The translations under genes were made by a program, and so were the position numbers. A stretch of 64,000 nucleotides of DNA from positions 216,207 through 280,206 of the forward strand of contig JAXLQX010000004.1 in NCBI GenBank assembly GCA_046331405.1, read 5' to 3'. This document shows, one piece after another, positions 10,867 to 21,005 of this stretch. The notes beneath the pieces are model-generated. The model saw only the letters and a list, made by a program, of their open reading frames with translations. It ran no database searches and had not been told where the DNA came from. Positions within the stretch are counted from its first letter, which is position 1. The number at the start of each line of letters is the position of its first letter. The stretch comes from Thermoanaerobaculia bacterium (GTDB taxonomy: Bacteria; Acidobacteriota; Thermoanaerobaculia; Multivoradales; SZUA-115).

Positions 10867-11938
10867 GAAGCTCGCCTGCGACAAGGTGCTGTTCACGGTG
10901 ATCCTGCTGCTGCTCACCTTCGGCCTGGTGATGGTGTACTCGGCCAGCGCGCCGCTCGCCCGCGGCAAGGCGGGCAACCCGCTGTTCGTGCGCCAATGCG
11001 CCGCGGCGGCCCTGGGTCTCCTCGCCATGACGGTGCTGATGCACCTGCCCTACCGGCTGCTGCGCGAGCCACGGGTGATCTGGACCCTGCTCGGCGGCAC
11101 CCTGCTGCTCCTGGTGGCGGTGCTCTTCCAGCCCTCGCTCAACGGCACCCGCCGCTGGTTCTTCTTCGGGCCGCTCTCGCTGCAGGCCTCGGAGCTCGCC
11201 AAGCTGGCGGTGCTGCCGTTTCTCGCCTACCAGATCGACCGCAAGAACGAGCAGGTGAACCAGCGGGACTTCCTGCTGCCCACGCTGCTGGTGGTGGGGG
11301 TGGTGGCGGCGCTGATCCTGGCCGAGCCAGACCTGGGCACCGCCGCCCTGTTGGTGCTGGTGGCCGCGGTGCTGATCTTCCTCGCCGGGCTCTCGCTGCG
11401 CTACGTGGCCGGGGCCGGTGTGGTGCTCGGGGCCCTCCTGGTGGTGGCGGTCTTCTCGGCGGACTACCGCCGCGCCCGGCTGCTCGCGTTCCTCTCGCCC
11501 GAAAGCGACCCCCTGGGCAATGGCTACCAGGCCCTGCAGTCCTTGATCGCGGTGGGCTCGGGCGGCCTCTTCGGCCTTGGCCAGGGGCGCAGCGTGCAGA
11601 AGCTCTACTTCCTGCCCCATCCCGAGTCGGACTTCATCTTCTCGATCGTCGCCGAGGAGCTGGGCTTGCTGGGCGCCCTGGCTCTCCTCGCCGTCTTCGG
11701 CGTGCTTGCCTGGCGGGGCATCCGCGCGAGCCTCGCCGCGCCGGACCGCTTCGGCCGCTACCTCGGCCTCGCCATCACCTGCCTCCTGGTGGTGCAGGCG
11801 CTGATCAACTCGGCGGTGGCGGTGGCCCTCTTGCCCACCAAGGGGATCCCGCTGCCGTTCATCTCCTACGGCGGCTCGTCGTTGATCGTGGCCCTCACGC
11901 TTTCGGGTGTGCTGCTGAACATTTCGGAGCACGGATGA
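10859..11938 (+). CDS. ftsW: peptidoglycan glycosyltransferase FtsW (SEDS family)
   Basis: Polytopic membrane protein with SEDS-family C-terminal motifs (GLLPTKGIPLPFISYGGSSL); dcw position. Confidence 0.93.
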   Translation: MAKKLACDKVLFTVILLLLTFGLVMVYSASAPLARGKAGNPLFVRQCAAAALGLLAMTVLMHLPYRLLREPRVIWTLLGGTLLLLVAVLFQPSLNGTRRWFFFGPLSLQASELAKLAVLPFLAYQIDRKNEQVNQRDFLLPTLLVVGVVAALILAEPDLGTAALLVLVAAVLIFLAGLSLRYVAGAGVVLGALLVVAVFSADYRRARLLAFLSPESDPLGNGYQALQSLIAVGSGGLFGLGQGRSVQKLYFLPHPESDFIFSIVAEELGLLGALALLAVFGVLAWRGIRASLAAPDRFGRYLGLAITCLLVVQALINSAVAVALLPTKGIPLPFISYGGSSLIVALTLSGVLLNISEHG

Positions 11939-11942
11939 GGCC

Positions 11943-13043
11943 ATGGCGACTCCCGCTCCGCTTGCGATTCTCGCCGGGGGCGGCACCGGCGGCCACGTGT
12001 TTCCGGCCCTGGCTGTGGCGCAGGGCCTGGTGGCCCGGGGGTGGCGCGTGAGGCTGGTGGGCAGCAACCGCGGCCTCGAGGCCCGGCTGGCCGCCGAGCA
12101 CGGCGTGCCGTTCTCGGCGCTGCCGGCGGAGCCTTTCCTCGGCCGGGGGCCGCTCGCTCGCCTGCGCTCGCTCGCCACGCTGCTGCGCTCGGCCCGGGCG
12201 GCGCGCAACCTGGTGGCCAAGGAGGGCGCCCGGCTGGTGCTCGGCACCGGCGGCTACGCGGCGGCCCCGGCCATGCTCGGCGGCTGGATGGCCGGCCGGC
12301 CGCTGCTGCTGCTCGAGCCGAACGCCCGCTCCGGCGTGGCCAACCGCTGGCTCTCGCGGCTGGCGGACGAGGCTCTGGTGGGCTTCGAGCGCACTGCCCG
12401 CGAGCTCGCCTGCCCGGCCACCGTCACCGGCGTGCCGGTGCGGGGCGAGTTCCATCAGGTGGCGCCCTTCCCCCTCGAGGGACGCGGTCATTCTGTGCTC
12501 GTCCTGGGCGGCAGCCAGGGGGCTCGCCAGCTCAACGAGCTGCTACCCCCGGCCCTCGCCGCGCTCGCGCCTTCGCTGCCGGGCCTCCAGGTGCTCCATC
12601 AATGCGGCGCTGCCCATGTGGCAGCCACCGAGGAGGCCTATCGCCGCTGCGGCCTTGCGGCCGGGACGGTGGAGGTGGTGCCGTTCCTCCAGGATGTGGC
12701 CGGGACGATGGCGCGAGCCGACCTGGTGGTGAGCCGGGCCGGCGCGATCACCGTGGCCGAGATCGCCGCCGCCGGCCGCCCGGCCCTGTTCCTGCCGCTG
12801 GGCATCGCCGGCGGCCACCAGGTGGCCAACGCCCTGGAGCTGGTGGAAGCCGGCGCCGCGGCCCTGCTGGACCCCTCCGAGGCGACGGTTGAGGAGCTCC
12901 GCGAGCGCCTCTCGGTGCTCCTGGCCGACCGCGGCCGCCTGGCGCTGATGGCGGAAGCCGCCCGCCGGCTCGCCCGCCCGGAGGCCCTCGAGGCGATCCT
13001 CGAGCGGGTGGAGCACTGGGCGAAGGAGGAGGCGGCGGCATGA
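11943..13043 (+). CDS. murG: UDP-N-acetylglucosamine--N-acetylmuramyl-(pentapeptide) pyrophosphoryl-undecaprenol GlcNAc transferase MurG
   Basis: LAGGGTGGHVFPALAVAQ glycine-rich N-terminus; GT28 family. Confidence 0.95.
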   Translation: MATPAPLAILAGGGTGGHVFPALAVAQGLVARGWRVRLVGSNRGLEARLAAEHGVPFSALPAEPFLGRGPLARLRSLATLLRSARAARNLVAKEGARLVLGTGGYAAAPAMLGGWMAGRPLLLLEPNARSGVANRWLSRLADEALVGFERTARELACPATVTGVPVRGEFHQVAPFPLEGRGHSVLVLGGSQGARQLNELLPPALAALAPSLPGLQVLHQCGAAHVAATEEAYRRCGLAAGTVEVVPFLQDVAGTMARADLVVSRAGAITVAEIAAAGRPALFLPLGIAGGHQVANALELVEAGAAALLDPSEATVEELRERLSVLLADRGRLALMAEAARRLARPEALEAILERVEHWAKEEAAA

Positions 13044-14434
13044 TGTTCCGCACCTTCGCCGGGCTTTCCCGGGTGCATTTCGTGGGCATCGGCGGCGCCG
13101 GCATGAGCGGCATCGCCGAGGTGCTGCTGGACTATCAGCTGGAAGTCTCGGGCTGCGACGCCGCGGCCAACGAGGCCACCGATCGCCTCGCCCGGTTGGG
13201 TGTGGCGATCCACTTCGGCCACTCGGCGGAGCACCTCGAGGGCGTGGACCTGGTGGTGAAGTCCTCCGCCGTACCGGACGACAACGTGGAGATCGCCGCC
13301 GCCCGGAAGCGGGGCATCACCGTGGCCCGGCGCTCGGAGATGCTGGGCGAGCTGATGCGCCTGAAGTACGGCATCGCGGTGGCCGGCACCCACGGCAAGA
13401 CCACCACCACCTCGATGGTGGGGGCGATCCTCACCGAGGCGGGCCTGGACCCGACGGTGATCGTGGGTGGGCGGCTGCGGGTTTCCGGTACCGGGGCCCG
13501 GCTGGGCAAGAGCGATTATCTGGTGGCCGAGGCGGACGAGTTCGACCGCAGCTTCCTGCGCCTGGCGCCGGTGATCGCGGTGATCACCAACATCGACGCC
13601 GACCACCTGGACACCTACGGCGATCTGGCGGCGATCAAGAAGGCCTTCGTGGACTTCGCGGACCGCGTGCCTTTCTTCGGGCGGGTGATCCTCTGCCTGG
13701 ACAACCCCAACATCCAGGCGGTGTTGCCGGAGCTGGCAGGTCGGCGCCTCTTCACCTACGGCCTCACTCCCCAGGCGGACCTCTCGGCCGTGGTGCTCGA
13801 GACCCGCACCACCGGCAGCCGCTTCCTGGTGAAGCGCCAGGACGGCGGCGAGCTCGGCGAGCTCGAGGTGCCCATGCCGGGCAGCCACAACATCGCCAAC
13901 GCCCTCGCTGCCACGGCGGTGGGGCTGTCCCTCGAGGTGCCCTTCGCCACCATCGCCCGGGCGCTCTCCGGCTTCGGCGGGGTGCACCGGCGCTTCGAGC
14001 TGGTGGGCAGCTTCCAGGGTGCCTCGGTGATCGACGACTACGCCCATCACCCCACCGAGGTGGCCGCGACTCTCGAGGCGGCGCGCCAGAGCTGCCCCCG
14101 GGGCCGGGTGCTGGCAATCTTCCAGCCCCATCTCTTCAGCCGCACGCGGGACCACGCCGGCGCCTTCGGCCGCGCCCTGCTCTCGGCCGACCGCGCCTGG
14201 GTGACGGACATCTACGCCTCGCGCGAGAAGGCGATCCCCGGCGTGAGCGCCGAGCTGGTGGTGGAGGCGGCCCGGGCGAGCGGCCACCACAACGTGGAGC
14301 TCTGCCCGAACTGGCGGGAGCTGCCGTCGCGCCTCGCAAGCGTCGCCGAGCCGGGGGATTTGATCATCACCCTGGGAGCGGGGGACATCTACCAGCTCGG
14401 CCGCGCCCTGGCGGCGAGCGGGGAGGCCGCGTGA
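13040..14434 (+). CDS. murC: UDP-N-acetylmuramate--L-alanine ligase MurC
   Basis: HFVGIGGAGMSGIAEVL and GTHGKTTTTSM motifs; Mur ligase domains; ATGA overlap with murG. Confidence 0.95.
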   Translation: MMFRTFAGLSRVHFVGIGGAGMSGIAEVLLDYQLEVSGCDAAANEATDRLARLGVAIHFGHSAEHLEGVDLVVKSSAVPDDNVEIAAARKRGITVARRSEMLGELMRLKYGIAVAGTHGKTTTTSMVGAILTEAGLDPTVIVGGRLRVSGTGARLGKSDYLVAEADEFDRSFLRLAPVIAVITNIDADHLDTYGDLAAIKKAFVDFADRVPFFGRVILCLDNPNIQAVLPELAGRRLFTYGLTPQADLSAVVLETRTTGSRFLVKRQDGGELGELEVPMPGSHNIANALAATAVGLSLEVPFATIARALSGFGGVHRRFELVGSFQGASVIDDYAHHPTEVAATLEAARQSCPRGRVLAIFQPHLFSRTRDHAGAFGRALLSADRAWVTDIYASREKAIPGVSAELVVEAARASGHHNVELCPNWRELPSRLASVAEPGDLIITLGAGDIYQLGRALAASGEAA

Positions 14435-15351
14435 GCCACGCGAGCCCGCTGCCCGGCGCTCTGCCCGCCTCGGTGCTCGAGCCGGCGGTGGCTCCCTATC
14501 GCCGGGGCGGCACGGTTCCACGCCGACGGCGCCGGGGCCGTCAGCTCTGGGCCTTCGCCCGCCGGGCCGTGACGCCGATCGCGGTGGTGGCCTCGGGAGC
14601 GGCGGTCTCGGTGTGGGTGCTCTCCTCGCCCAGCTTCGCCGTGAGCGAGGTCCGGGCCCTGGGCACGGGGCGAGTCTCCGAGCGCTGGGTGCGCCAGGCC
14701 CTCGCACCCCTGGCGGGTCGCAACCTTCTTCTGCTGCCCCTCTCGGAGGTGCGCGAGCGCCTGGCGGCGAACCCCTGGGTGGCGAGTGCGGGCATCGCCA
14801 AGGAGCTGCCGGGCCGGCTCGAGGTCTCGCTGGTGGAGAAGAAGCCCGCCGCCCTGGTGAAGCTCGGCAGCCAGGGCTACTGGGCGGAGGCAGACGGCAA
14901 GCTGATCGCGCCGCTCGCCGTGGGAGAAGAAGCCCTCGGGCTGCCCACGCTGGTGGACCGGACCCCGGCCCTGAGCTCCGGCAGCGGAAGCTCCGCCGAG
15001 GTGCCCCGAGCCCTGGCGCTCCTGGCCGGGCTGGGCAAATTGCGGCCGGATTGGACCCGCGAGCTGGCGGCGCTCGCCCTGCTCGGCGGCGGCGACTTCT
15101 CCCTCGAGACTCGCGCCTTGCCCTTCCCTCTACTGCTCGAGGACCAAGGCTATGCCGCCAAAGTGGAGCGGCTGGGCCGGCTGCTACCGGAGATCGAGAA
15201 GCGCTATCCGCACCTCGCGGCCGTCGATCTCCGCTTTTCCCGACGCATCATCCTGGTGCCGGCGGCCGAAGAGCCAGCCGGCGAGGCCGCCGCGACGCCG
15301 GCGGCGGCTGTCAACGACGCAACAGCAACGCAACCATCGGAAGCGTTTTGA
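14431..15351 (+). CDS. ftsQ: cell division protein FtsQ/DivIB (POTRA domain)
   Basis: GTG start overlapping the murC stop; N-terminal TM (VTPIAVVASGAAVSVWVL); POTRA-like region; conserved position before ftsA. Confidence 0.75.
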   Translation: MSHASPLPGALPASVLEPAVAPYRRGGTVPRRRRRGRQLWAFARRAVTPIAVVASGAAVSVWVLSSPSFAVSEVRALGTGRVSERWVRQALAPLAGRNLLLLPLSEVRERLAANPWVASAGIAKELPGRLEVSLVEKKPAALVKLGSQGYWAEADGKLIAPLAVGEEALGLPTLVDRTPALSSGSGSSAEVPRALALLAGLGKLRPDWTRELAALALLGGGDFSLETRALPFPLLLEDQGYAAKVERLGRLLPEIEKRYPHLAAVDLRFSRRIILVPAAEEPAGEAAATPAAAVNDATATQPSEAF

Positions 15352-15370
15352 AGGAAGATCTGGAGACGAG

Positions 15371-16612
15371 ATGGCCAAACCGCGCCAACAGTATTACGTG
15401 GGAATCGACATCGGCTCCTCCAAGGTCGGTGTGCTGGTGGGCCAGCGCGACGACCGGGGCAACCTGGAGGTGGTGGGCCGCGGGCTCGCCGACAACCGCG
15501 GCACTCGCAAGGGCAACATCGTCAACGTCGAGGCGACGGTCGAAGCCCTGAAGCAGGCCGCCGAAGAGGCCGAGGTGATGGCCGGCGTGGAGATCTCGCG
15601 CGCCTACGTGGGCATCGGCGGTGCCGATGTGCGGAGCGTCAACTCCCGCGGCATGGTCTCGGTGGCCCGCAAGGACCGCGAGATCGGCCGGCAGGACATC
15701 AAGCGCGTGCTCGACGCCGCGCAGTCGGCGGCCCTGCCCACCGACCGCGAGATTCTCCACGCCATCCCCCAGGAATTCGTGGTCGACGAGCAGGGCGGCA
15801 TCGCGGACCCGGTGACCATGCTGGGCAGCCGCCTGCAGGTCACCGTGCACCTGGTCACCGGCTCGACCGCCCGCTCGAAGACGCTCTTGACCTGCGTCAA
15901 CCGGGCCGGCATCGAGGTGGTGGAGCTGGTCTTCGAGCCGCTGGCCACCGCCGAGGCCGTGGTCACGCCGGACGAGCGGGAGCTCGGCGTGGTGCTGATC
16001 GACATCGGCGCCGGCACCGCCGGCTACTCGCTCTTGATCGAAGGGGAGGTCTACCACAGCGGCGTGCTGCCCTTCGGCGCCGGTCATTTCACCAACGACC
16101 TCGCCATGGTGCTGCGCACGCCGTTCACCGAGGCCGAGAAGATCAAGGTCAAGAACGGCTGCTGCCTGGCCTCCCTGGTGGGCGACGAAGAGGGAGTCTC
16201 CGTGCCCACGGTGGCCGGCGGCACCACGAGGGTGGTGCCCCGGCGCGAGCTGGCGGCGATTCTCCAGCCCCGCGCCGAAGAGATGTTCAGCCTGATTCGC
16301 GAGGATCTGCGCAAGCATGGCTTCGAGGAGAGCCCGCGCGGCGGAGTGGTGCTGACCGGCGGTGGCGCGAAGCTCGACGGCCTGCTGGAAGTGGCCGAGC
16401 AGATCTTCGACGCCGGGGTGCGCTATGGCCTGCCGCGTGGCCTGGGTGGACTGGTCGATGTGATCAGCTCGCCGGCCTGGGCCACCGCTTCGGGCTTGCT
16501 AATCTACGCGGCCAATGCCGACAACCGAGACAGCCGGATGCACTCCCGAAAGGGCTTTTCCATGCGCGGCATGATGAGCAGCCTGAAGGGAATGTTCTCC
16601 GACTTGCTGTAG
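15371..16612 (+). CDS. ftsA: cell division protein FtsA (actin-like ATPase)
   Basis: Real start [24 protein letters not shown] (ATG 15371); actin-fold phosphate-1 motif; ORF-track start 15152 is an upstream extension. Confidence 0.93.
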   Translation: MAKPRQQYYVGIDIGSSKVGVLVGQRDDRGNLEVVGRGLADNRGTRKGNIVNVEATVEALKQAAEEAEVMAGVEISRAYVGIGGADVRSVNSRGMVSVARKDREIGRQDIKRVLDAAQSAALPTDREILHAIPQEFVVDEQGGIADPVTMLGSRLQVTVHLVTGSTARSKTLLTCVNRAGIEVVELVFEPLATAEAVVTPDERELGVVLIDIGAGTAGYSLLIEGEVYHSGVLPFGAGHFTNDLAMVLRTPFTEAEKIKVKNGCCLASLVGDEEGVSVPTVAGGTTRVVPRRELAAILQPRAEEMFSLIREDLRKHGFEESPRGGVVLTGGGAKLDGLLEVAEQIFDAGVRYGLPRGLGGLVDVISSPAWATASGLLIYAANADNRDSRMHSRKGFSMRGMMSSLKGMFSDLL

Positions 16613-16637
16613 GAAACGAGAAACCAAGGGGGGCAAG

Positions 16638-17909
16638 ATGATTCTTTTCGACGAGGAGAAGGGCACCACCCGGCCCACCGCCGTCGCCGTGCCGGAAGCG
16701 GTGAACGTGCCGGCGAAGATTCGTGTGGTGGGTGTGGGCGGGGGCGGCGGCAACGCCGTCAACCGCATGATCGATGCCCAGCTGGGTGGCATCGAGTTCA
16801 TCGCGGCCAACACCGATCTGCAGGCCCTGGTGAAGTGCCGGGCGCCGCTCAAGCTCCAGATCGGCGACCTCTTGACCAAGGGCCTCGGCGCCGGCGCCGA
16901 CCCGGAGATGGGCCGCAAAGCCGCCCTCGAGGACACCGAGAAGATTCTCGAGCTCTTGGACGGCGCCGATATGGTGTTCTTGACCGCCGGCCTGGGCGGC
17001 GGTACCGGCTCGGGCGCAGCGCCGATCATCGCCTCGCTCGCTTCCGAGATCGGCGCGCTCACGGTGGCCGTGGTCACCAAGCCCTTCGCCTTCGAGGGCC
17101 GGCGCCGCATGCAGATCGCCGAGCAGTCGATCGAGGAGCTGCGCGGGGCGGTGGACACCCTGATCACCATCCCCAACGAGCGGCTGTTGTCGTTCGTCGA
17201 GCGCGGCACGCCGCTTTCCGAGGCGTTCCGCATCGCCGACGACGTGCTGCGCCAGGCGGTGCAGGGCATCTCGGACCTGATCACCATCCCCGGCGAGATC
17301 AACGTCGACTTCGCCGACGTGCGCACCATCATGACCGGCATGGGCATGGCCCTGATGGGCACCGGCGTGGCCAAGGGCGAGAACCGAGCCCTCGAGGCGG
17401 CGCAGCGGGCGATCTCCTCGCCGCTTCTGGAGGAGACCTCCATCCAGGGCGCCAAGGGCGTGCTGCTCAACATCTCCGGCGGTCGGGACATGACTCTCCA
17501 CGAGGTGGCCGAAGCCGCGCGGATCATCTCCGAGGCGGTCGATACGGACGCCAACATCATCTCCGGCATGGTGATCGACGAGGCCCTCGAGGACGCCATG
17601 AAGGTGACCGTGATCGCCACCGGCTTCGAGCCGGCGAGCCACCACGTCACCACCTCGGCCACCCTGCGGCCGCGGATCGCCCCCCCGGCTGCTTCGGTGG
17701 CCCCCCTGCGCCCGGCCGCGATGCCGATGCGCAGCGCCCCCGAGCCGGCTCCCTCCCGCCACGAGCCGGAGGACGCGGCGGCCGAGACGCCGTTCTACCG
17801 CAAGGCCATGGCCCAGTCCCGCAACGACGACTCCGGCGGCTTCGGCCCCAACTGGTCGAACGTGGACGACTACGACATCCCCACGGTGCTGAGGAAGCAG
17901 ATGGACTGA
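16638..17909 (+). CDS. ftsZ: cell division GTPase FtsZ
   Basis: [17 protein letters not shown] and tubulin signature [10 protein letters not shown]; Pro/Ala-rich C-terminal linker and conserved C-terminal peptide ([12 protein letters not shown]). Confidence 0.97.
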   Translation: MILFDEEKGTTRPTAVAVPEAVNVPAKIRVVGVGGGGGNAVNRMIDAQLGGIEFIAANTDLQALVKCRAPLKLQIGDLLTKGLGAGADPEMGRKAALEDTEKILELLDGADMVFLTAGLGGGTGSGAAPIIASLASEIGALTVAVVTKPFAFEGRRRMQIAEQSIEELRGAVDTLITIPNERLLSFVERGTPLSEAFRIADDVLRQAVQGISDLITIPGEINVDFADVRTIMTGMGMALMGTGVAKGENRALEAAQRAISSPLLEETSIQGAKGVLLNISGGRDMTLHEVAEAARIISEAVDTDANIISGMVIDEALEDAMKVTVIATGFEPASHHVTTSATLRPRIAPPAASVAPLRPAAMPMRSAPEPAPSRHEPEDAAAETPFYRKAMAQSRNDDSGGFGPNWSNVDDYDIPTVLRKQMD

Positions 17910-18048
17910 GGCAGGCCGTTTCTCCCTGCGTCGTACCCGGCTCCAGTCGAGCCCTGGCGCAAGCCCCCCTTCGCCACGCCCGGCTGGAGCCGTCCTGTCT
18001 TGATGCCCACCCTCAGATCTTCATCTTCGTTTATACTCCTCTCTTATC

Positions 18049-20511
18049 GTGGCCAACAGCAGCCAGGAACCCGCCCCTGGTTCCTCGCTCGCCGACTTCG
18101 TGGAGCAGGCTCTGCAGCTCGAGGGACGCTCCGGCGTGAGCGAGATGCTTCGGCTGCTGGTGACGAAGGTCCGGGCCTACGGGGCGATCTTGTGGGAGGA
18201 GTCTGACCCAGGTGAGGGCGGAGAGGGGAAGGAGACCTCCCTCTATGTGCTGTCCCAGTGGTTTCCCACAAGCCAGTGCGTGATTCACAACCTGCCGCTC
18301 GACTCGCTCACCGGCGACGCGATTGCCAGTGGAAGGCCCGTCAACGTGCCGGACTGGAGGCAGTACCCACGCACCTTCCGAAGCCACCCATTTCTTGATG
18401 AACACGGAATTGGTTCCCTGTGCTCGATTCCGCTCCTCTACGCCGATGGCAAGCGGGGTGCCCTCAACTTCTATCGCCAAGCAGTGGATCGGTTTACCCC
18501 AAGCGAGCAGCAGCTTCTAGAAAAGGCTGCTCGCCTCTTACCGGGGCTCTACCAGGCGCTGGTCCACCGTTTCGGCTTCGACCTCCTGGGCCAGGCGGCG
18601 AAGGTACTCCTAGGGGCGGCGGTGGCCGAGGCAACCGCCGCCCCAGCTGCGCAGAGTGCAGCTATCGGATGCCTCGAGGAGTTCTGTCTCCTCTTGGCGC
18701 AGGCATTTGGCGCGCTAGAAGTGAGCTTGGTGCTCGAGAACGACTGGGAACATCCGGGGCGCTTCCCAGTGGTCGCTGCCACTTGGGAGCGATGCAAGGC
18801 TTGGCCGGCCTTTGAGAGAGGGAAAGGCCAGGGTGTCACAGGTTGGGTGATCGACAACGATGAAAGCCAAAGAATTTTCAATCTCGCGTCGCTGACCGGC
18901 AAGACCACCAGGAGGGGGAGGCGCCCGCCGCGGCCTTTGAAACGTCTGCTGGAGCAGCTGGTGGTCGCCGCGCAGGAGACGCTGAAGGAGGACCTGGACC
19001 CGACCATCCCGGCCCTGAGCTGTATCGTCTCCCCGGTGCGAGGAGGGGGGCGAGTGTTGGGAGCCCTCCGGTGCAGCATTCTCCGGAGAGACCCCTTCCT
19101 TTTTGCCCGGCGTGAGCTTGTCTTGCTTGAGCTCCTCGCCAGCCAGGTGGGCTCCTTCTGGCTGAATGCAATGAAGCACGCAGAGTCCTTACGGGAGAAC
19201 GAGTCCTGGAAGTCCCTTGTCGAAAGCGTGGGCTCACTGAATCACTTTGTCTACTCGGAGCTCAAGGGCGCACGGGCGGATGAGCACTCGGTCTTCGAGC
19301 GAGCTCTCAAAGTTGTCGGTTCAGCAATCTCCGGCGCTGAGATACTAGATATCCGCCTGATCGACCCGACTGGGCAGTTCTTGTACTTTTTCCACACTGC
19401 CGGCGAGGCCTGGACTCAGGGTGACCCAGACCTTGTCGCGCGCCGGAAGGACAGGAAATTCCCATTGGGGCCTGGGAAGCCCCAGTCCGCAGGAGCCTAC
19501 GCTGTTCAGCACCGGGATGTGTACGTGATGGAGGACGTCACTCGAGACCCTTACTACAACGAGATCTTTCCGAACACTCGGCGAATGATCATCGCCCCGA
19601 TCCGGGTGGAAGACGAGATCTACGGCGTACTCGACATCCGAGGTACTGGCCCGAGGCCGTTCCATCGCGACGCCAAGCTCATGGCCGATCTTCTCGGCCG
19701 CCAGCTCGGTCTCTATCACTACCTGGGAACGAGTCTTACCCAGCTCAGGAAGGCGGAGAGTAAGCTGAGCGCATCAGTTGATGTGTTGAAGCTGCGACGC
19801 AAGAAGGAAGCTCAGACTTTCGAGGACTTCGCTCATCAGTTGAAAGGTTCACTGCACATGGCGCACTGGCGAGCCAGAGCCGCTCTAGATGAAGACCCAC
19901 TGAGCCCTCGCCACAAGCGAGGCCTGAGAGCGATTCGGGGGCAGTGTGGCAAGGCTCGCCGAGCCACTCACTCGATGGCCTTCTTTGCCGATCTCGTGGC
20001 GGAACGCGAGCCTGAGGTGCGTCTGCAGAGACTAGAGACAGGCAATCTAGTTCGGATGTTGATCGAAGCTGCAGACGACCAACAGTCTCTCCTCGATCCA
20101 GACCTCAACTTGCGTTTTGATATTGTGAGAGACTCGTTTGGCGTTCTCGGAACAGTTGCGGTGAATGCCGACATAGGACTCTTGGAACAGGCAGTGGGCA
20201 ATCTACTAGACAACGCGGCGAAGTATAGCCAACCTCGCACAGCAGTTGTCGTCTATGGTGGGCGTACAGGAAGCGATCGATTTCACATCTCTGTCCAGAA
20301 CAAGGGGCTGCCGATTCGTCCCAGCGAAGTGTCGCGTCTCAAGGAACGCGGGTTTCGAAGTGAAGAGGCCCAGCTTGTAACAGGGGAGGGGTCAGGAATT
20401 GGTCTCTGGATTGTGGACCACATCATGCGAGCCCAGGGCGGCGAGCTGATCGTTCAGCCAACTGCTCCTTCGGGGTTGAACGAAGTAAAGCTTGTGCTCC
20501 CTGGCAAGTGA
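18049..20511 (+). CDS. cytoplasmic multi-GAF-domain sensor histidine kinase
   Basis: 820 aa, no TM segments; GAF-like N-terminal regions; H-box FAHQLKGSLHMAHW; N-box NLLDNAAKYS; G2-box GEGSGIGLWIVDHI (HATPase_c). Start at GTG 18049 is uncertain (weak RBS). Confidence 0.75.
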   Translation: MANSSQEPAPGSSLADFVEQALQLEGRSGVSEMLRLLVTKVRAYGAILWEESDPGEGGEGKETSLYVLSQWFPTSQCVIHNLPLDSLTGDAIASGRPVNVPDWRQYPRTFRSHPFLDEHGIGSLCSIPLLYADGKRGALNFYRQAVDRFTPSEQQLLEKAARLLPGLYQALVHRFGFDLLGQAAKVLLGAAVAEATAAPAAQSAAIGCLEEFCLLLAQAFGALEVSLVLENDWEHPGRFPVVAATWERCKAWPAFERGKGQGVTGWVIDNDESQRIFNLASLTGKTTRRGRRPPRPLKRLLEQLVVAAQETLKEDLDPTIPALSCIVSPVRGGGRVLGALRCSILRRDPFLFARRELVLLELLASQVGSFWLNAMKHAESLRENESWKSLVESVGSLNHFVYSELKGARADEHSVFERALKVVGSAISGAEILDIRLIDPTGQFLYFFHTAGEAWTQGDPDLVARRKDRKFPLGPGKPQSAGAYAVQHRDVYVMEDVTRDPYYNEIFPNTRRMIIAPIRVEDEIYGVLDIRGTGPRPFHRDAKLMADLLGRQLGLYHYLGTSLTQLRKAESKLSASVDVLKLRRKKEAQTFEDFAHQLKGSLHMAHWRARAALDEDPLSPRHKRGLRAIRGQCGKARRATHSMAFFADLVAEREPEVRLQRLETGNLVRMLIEAADDQQSLLDPDLNLRFDIVRDSFGVLGTVAVNADIGLLEQAVGNLLDNAAKYSQPRTAVVVYGGRTGSDRFHISVQNKGLPIRPSEVSRLKERGFRSEEAQLVTGEGSGIGLWIVDHIMRAQGGELIVQPTAPSGLNEVKLVLPGK

Positions 20512-20531
20512 CTAGGTTTGTGGAGCAGAGA

Positions 20532-20993
20532 ATGAGAGTTGTTTTGGTGGAGGACGACTACCCACAAGGTATGGCTACAAGGGAGGAGATCTTTTCCCTT
20601 TTCCCCCAGGCGCAGATTCTGTGGATCAAGTCGGAGTCCGCATTTCGCCTGGCCCTCAGCGACCTGGCAGCAGAACCCCCAGATCTGTTCATCCTCGATG
20701 TGATGGTCCGGTGGGCTGGCACAGAGCGACCGATACCAGAGCCACCGATGGAAATCAAGAGGGAGGGCTTCTTCCGGGCAGGTCTCCGGTGTCAGAGGCT
20801 ACTGGCAGCAGAGCCTCGCCTTCGAAGCGTGCCAGTGTTACTCCTCTCAGTTCTCGAGGAACGAGATCTGTCGCTATCCTTGCGACAGTTGGACCCTGCC
20901 ATACCGACAGTCCGCTTCTTGCAAAAGGGGAGAGAGAGCGTCGTGGAGGCGATTGAGAAGATTCTCCATGCGCGCTCTTCGAGACCCAACTGA
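20532..20993 (+). CDS. single-domain (CheY-like) response regulator, no output domain
   Basis: MRVVLVEDD..., phospho-acceptor Asp in DLFILDVMV, conserved S/T (LLSVLE) and Lys (RFLQKGRE); ATG 20532 preceded by GGAG; reading frame overlaps the HK stop (GTGA). Confidence 0.7.
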   Translation: MRVVLVEDDYPQGMATREEIFSLFPQAQILWIKSESAFRLALSDLAAEPPDLFILDVMVRWAGTERPIPEPPMEIKREGFFRAGLRCQRLLAAEPRLRSVPVLLLSVLEERDLSLSLRQLDPAIPTVRFLQKGRESVVEAIEKILHARSSRPN

Positions 20994-21005
20994 GCCCCGA
21001 ACCAG

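Noticed and set aside
10538-12247. 569-aa minus-strand ORF antisense to ftsW/murG; also 9346..11028 (-) antisense to murD
   Set aside because: Low-complexity R/A/G/P/H-rich translations; sense strand carries conserved FtsW, MurG and MurD.
12638-14707. 689-aa minus-strand ORF antisense to murC
   Set aside because: Same high-GC antisense artefact; no motifs; MurC is on the + strand.
17936-18002. Possible rho-independent terminator after ftsZ (9-bp inverted repeat CGGCTCCAG/CTGGAGCCG)
   Set aside because: Loop would be ~47 nt and the trailing U-tract is weak, so it is not a convincing intrinsic terminator; kept only as a note.
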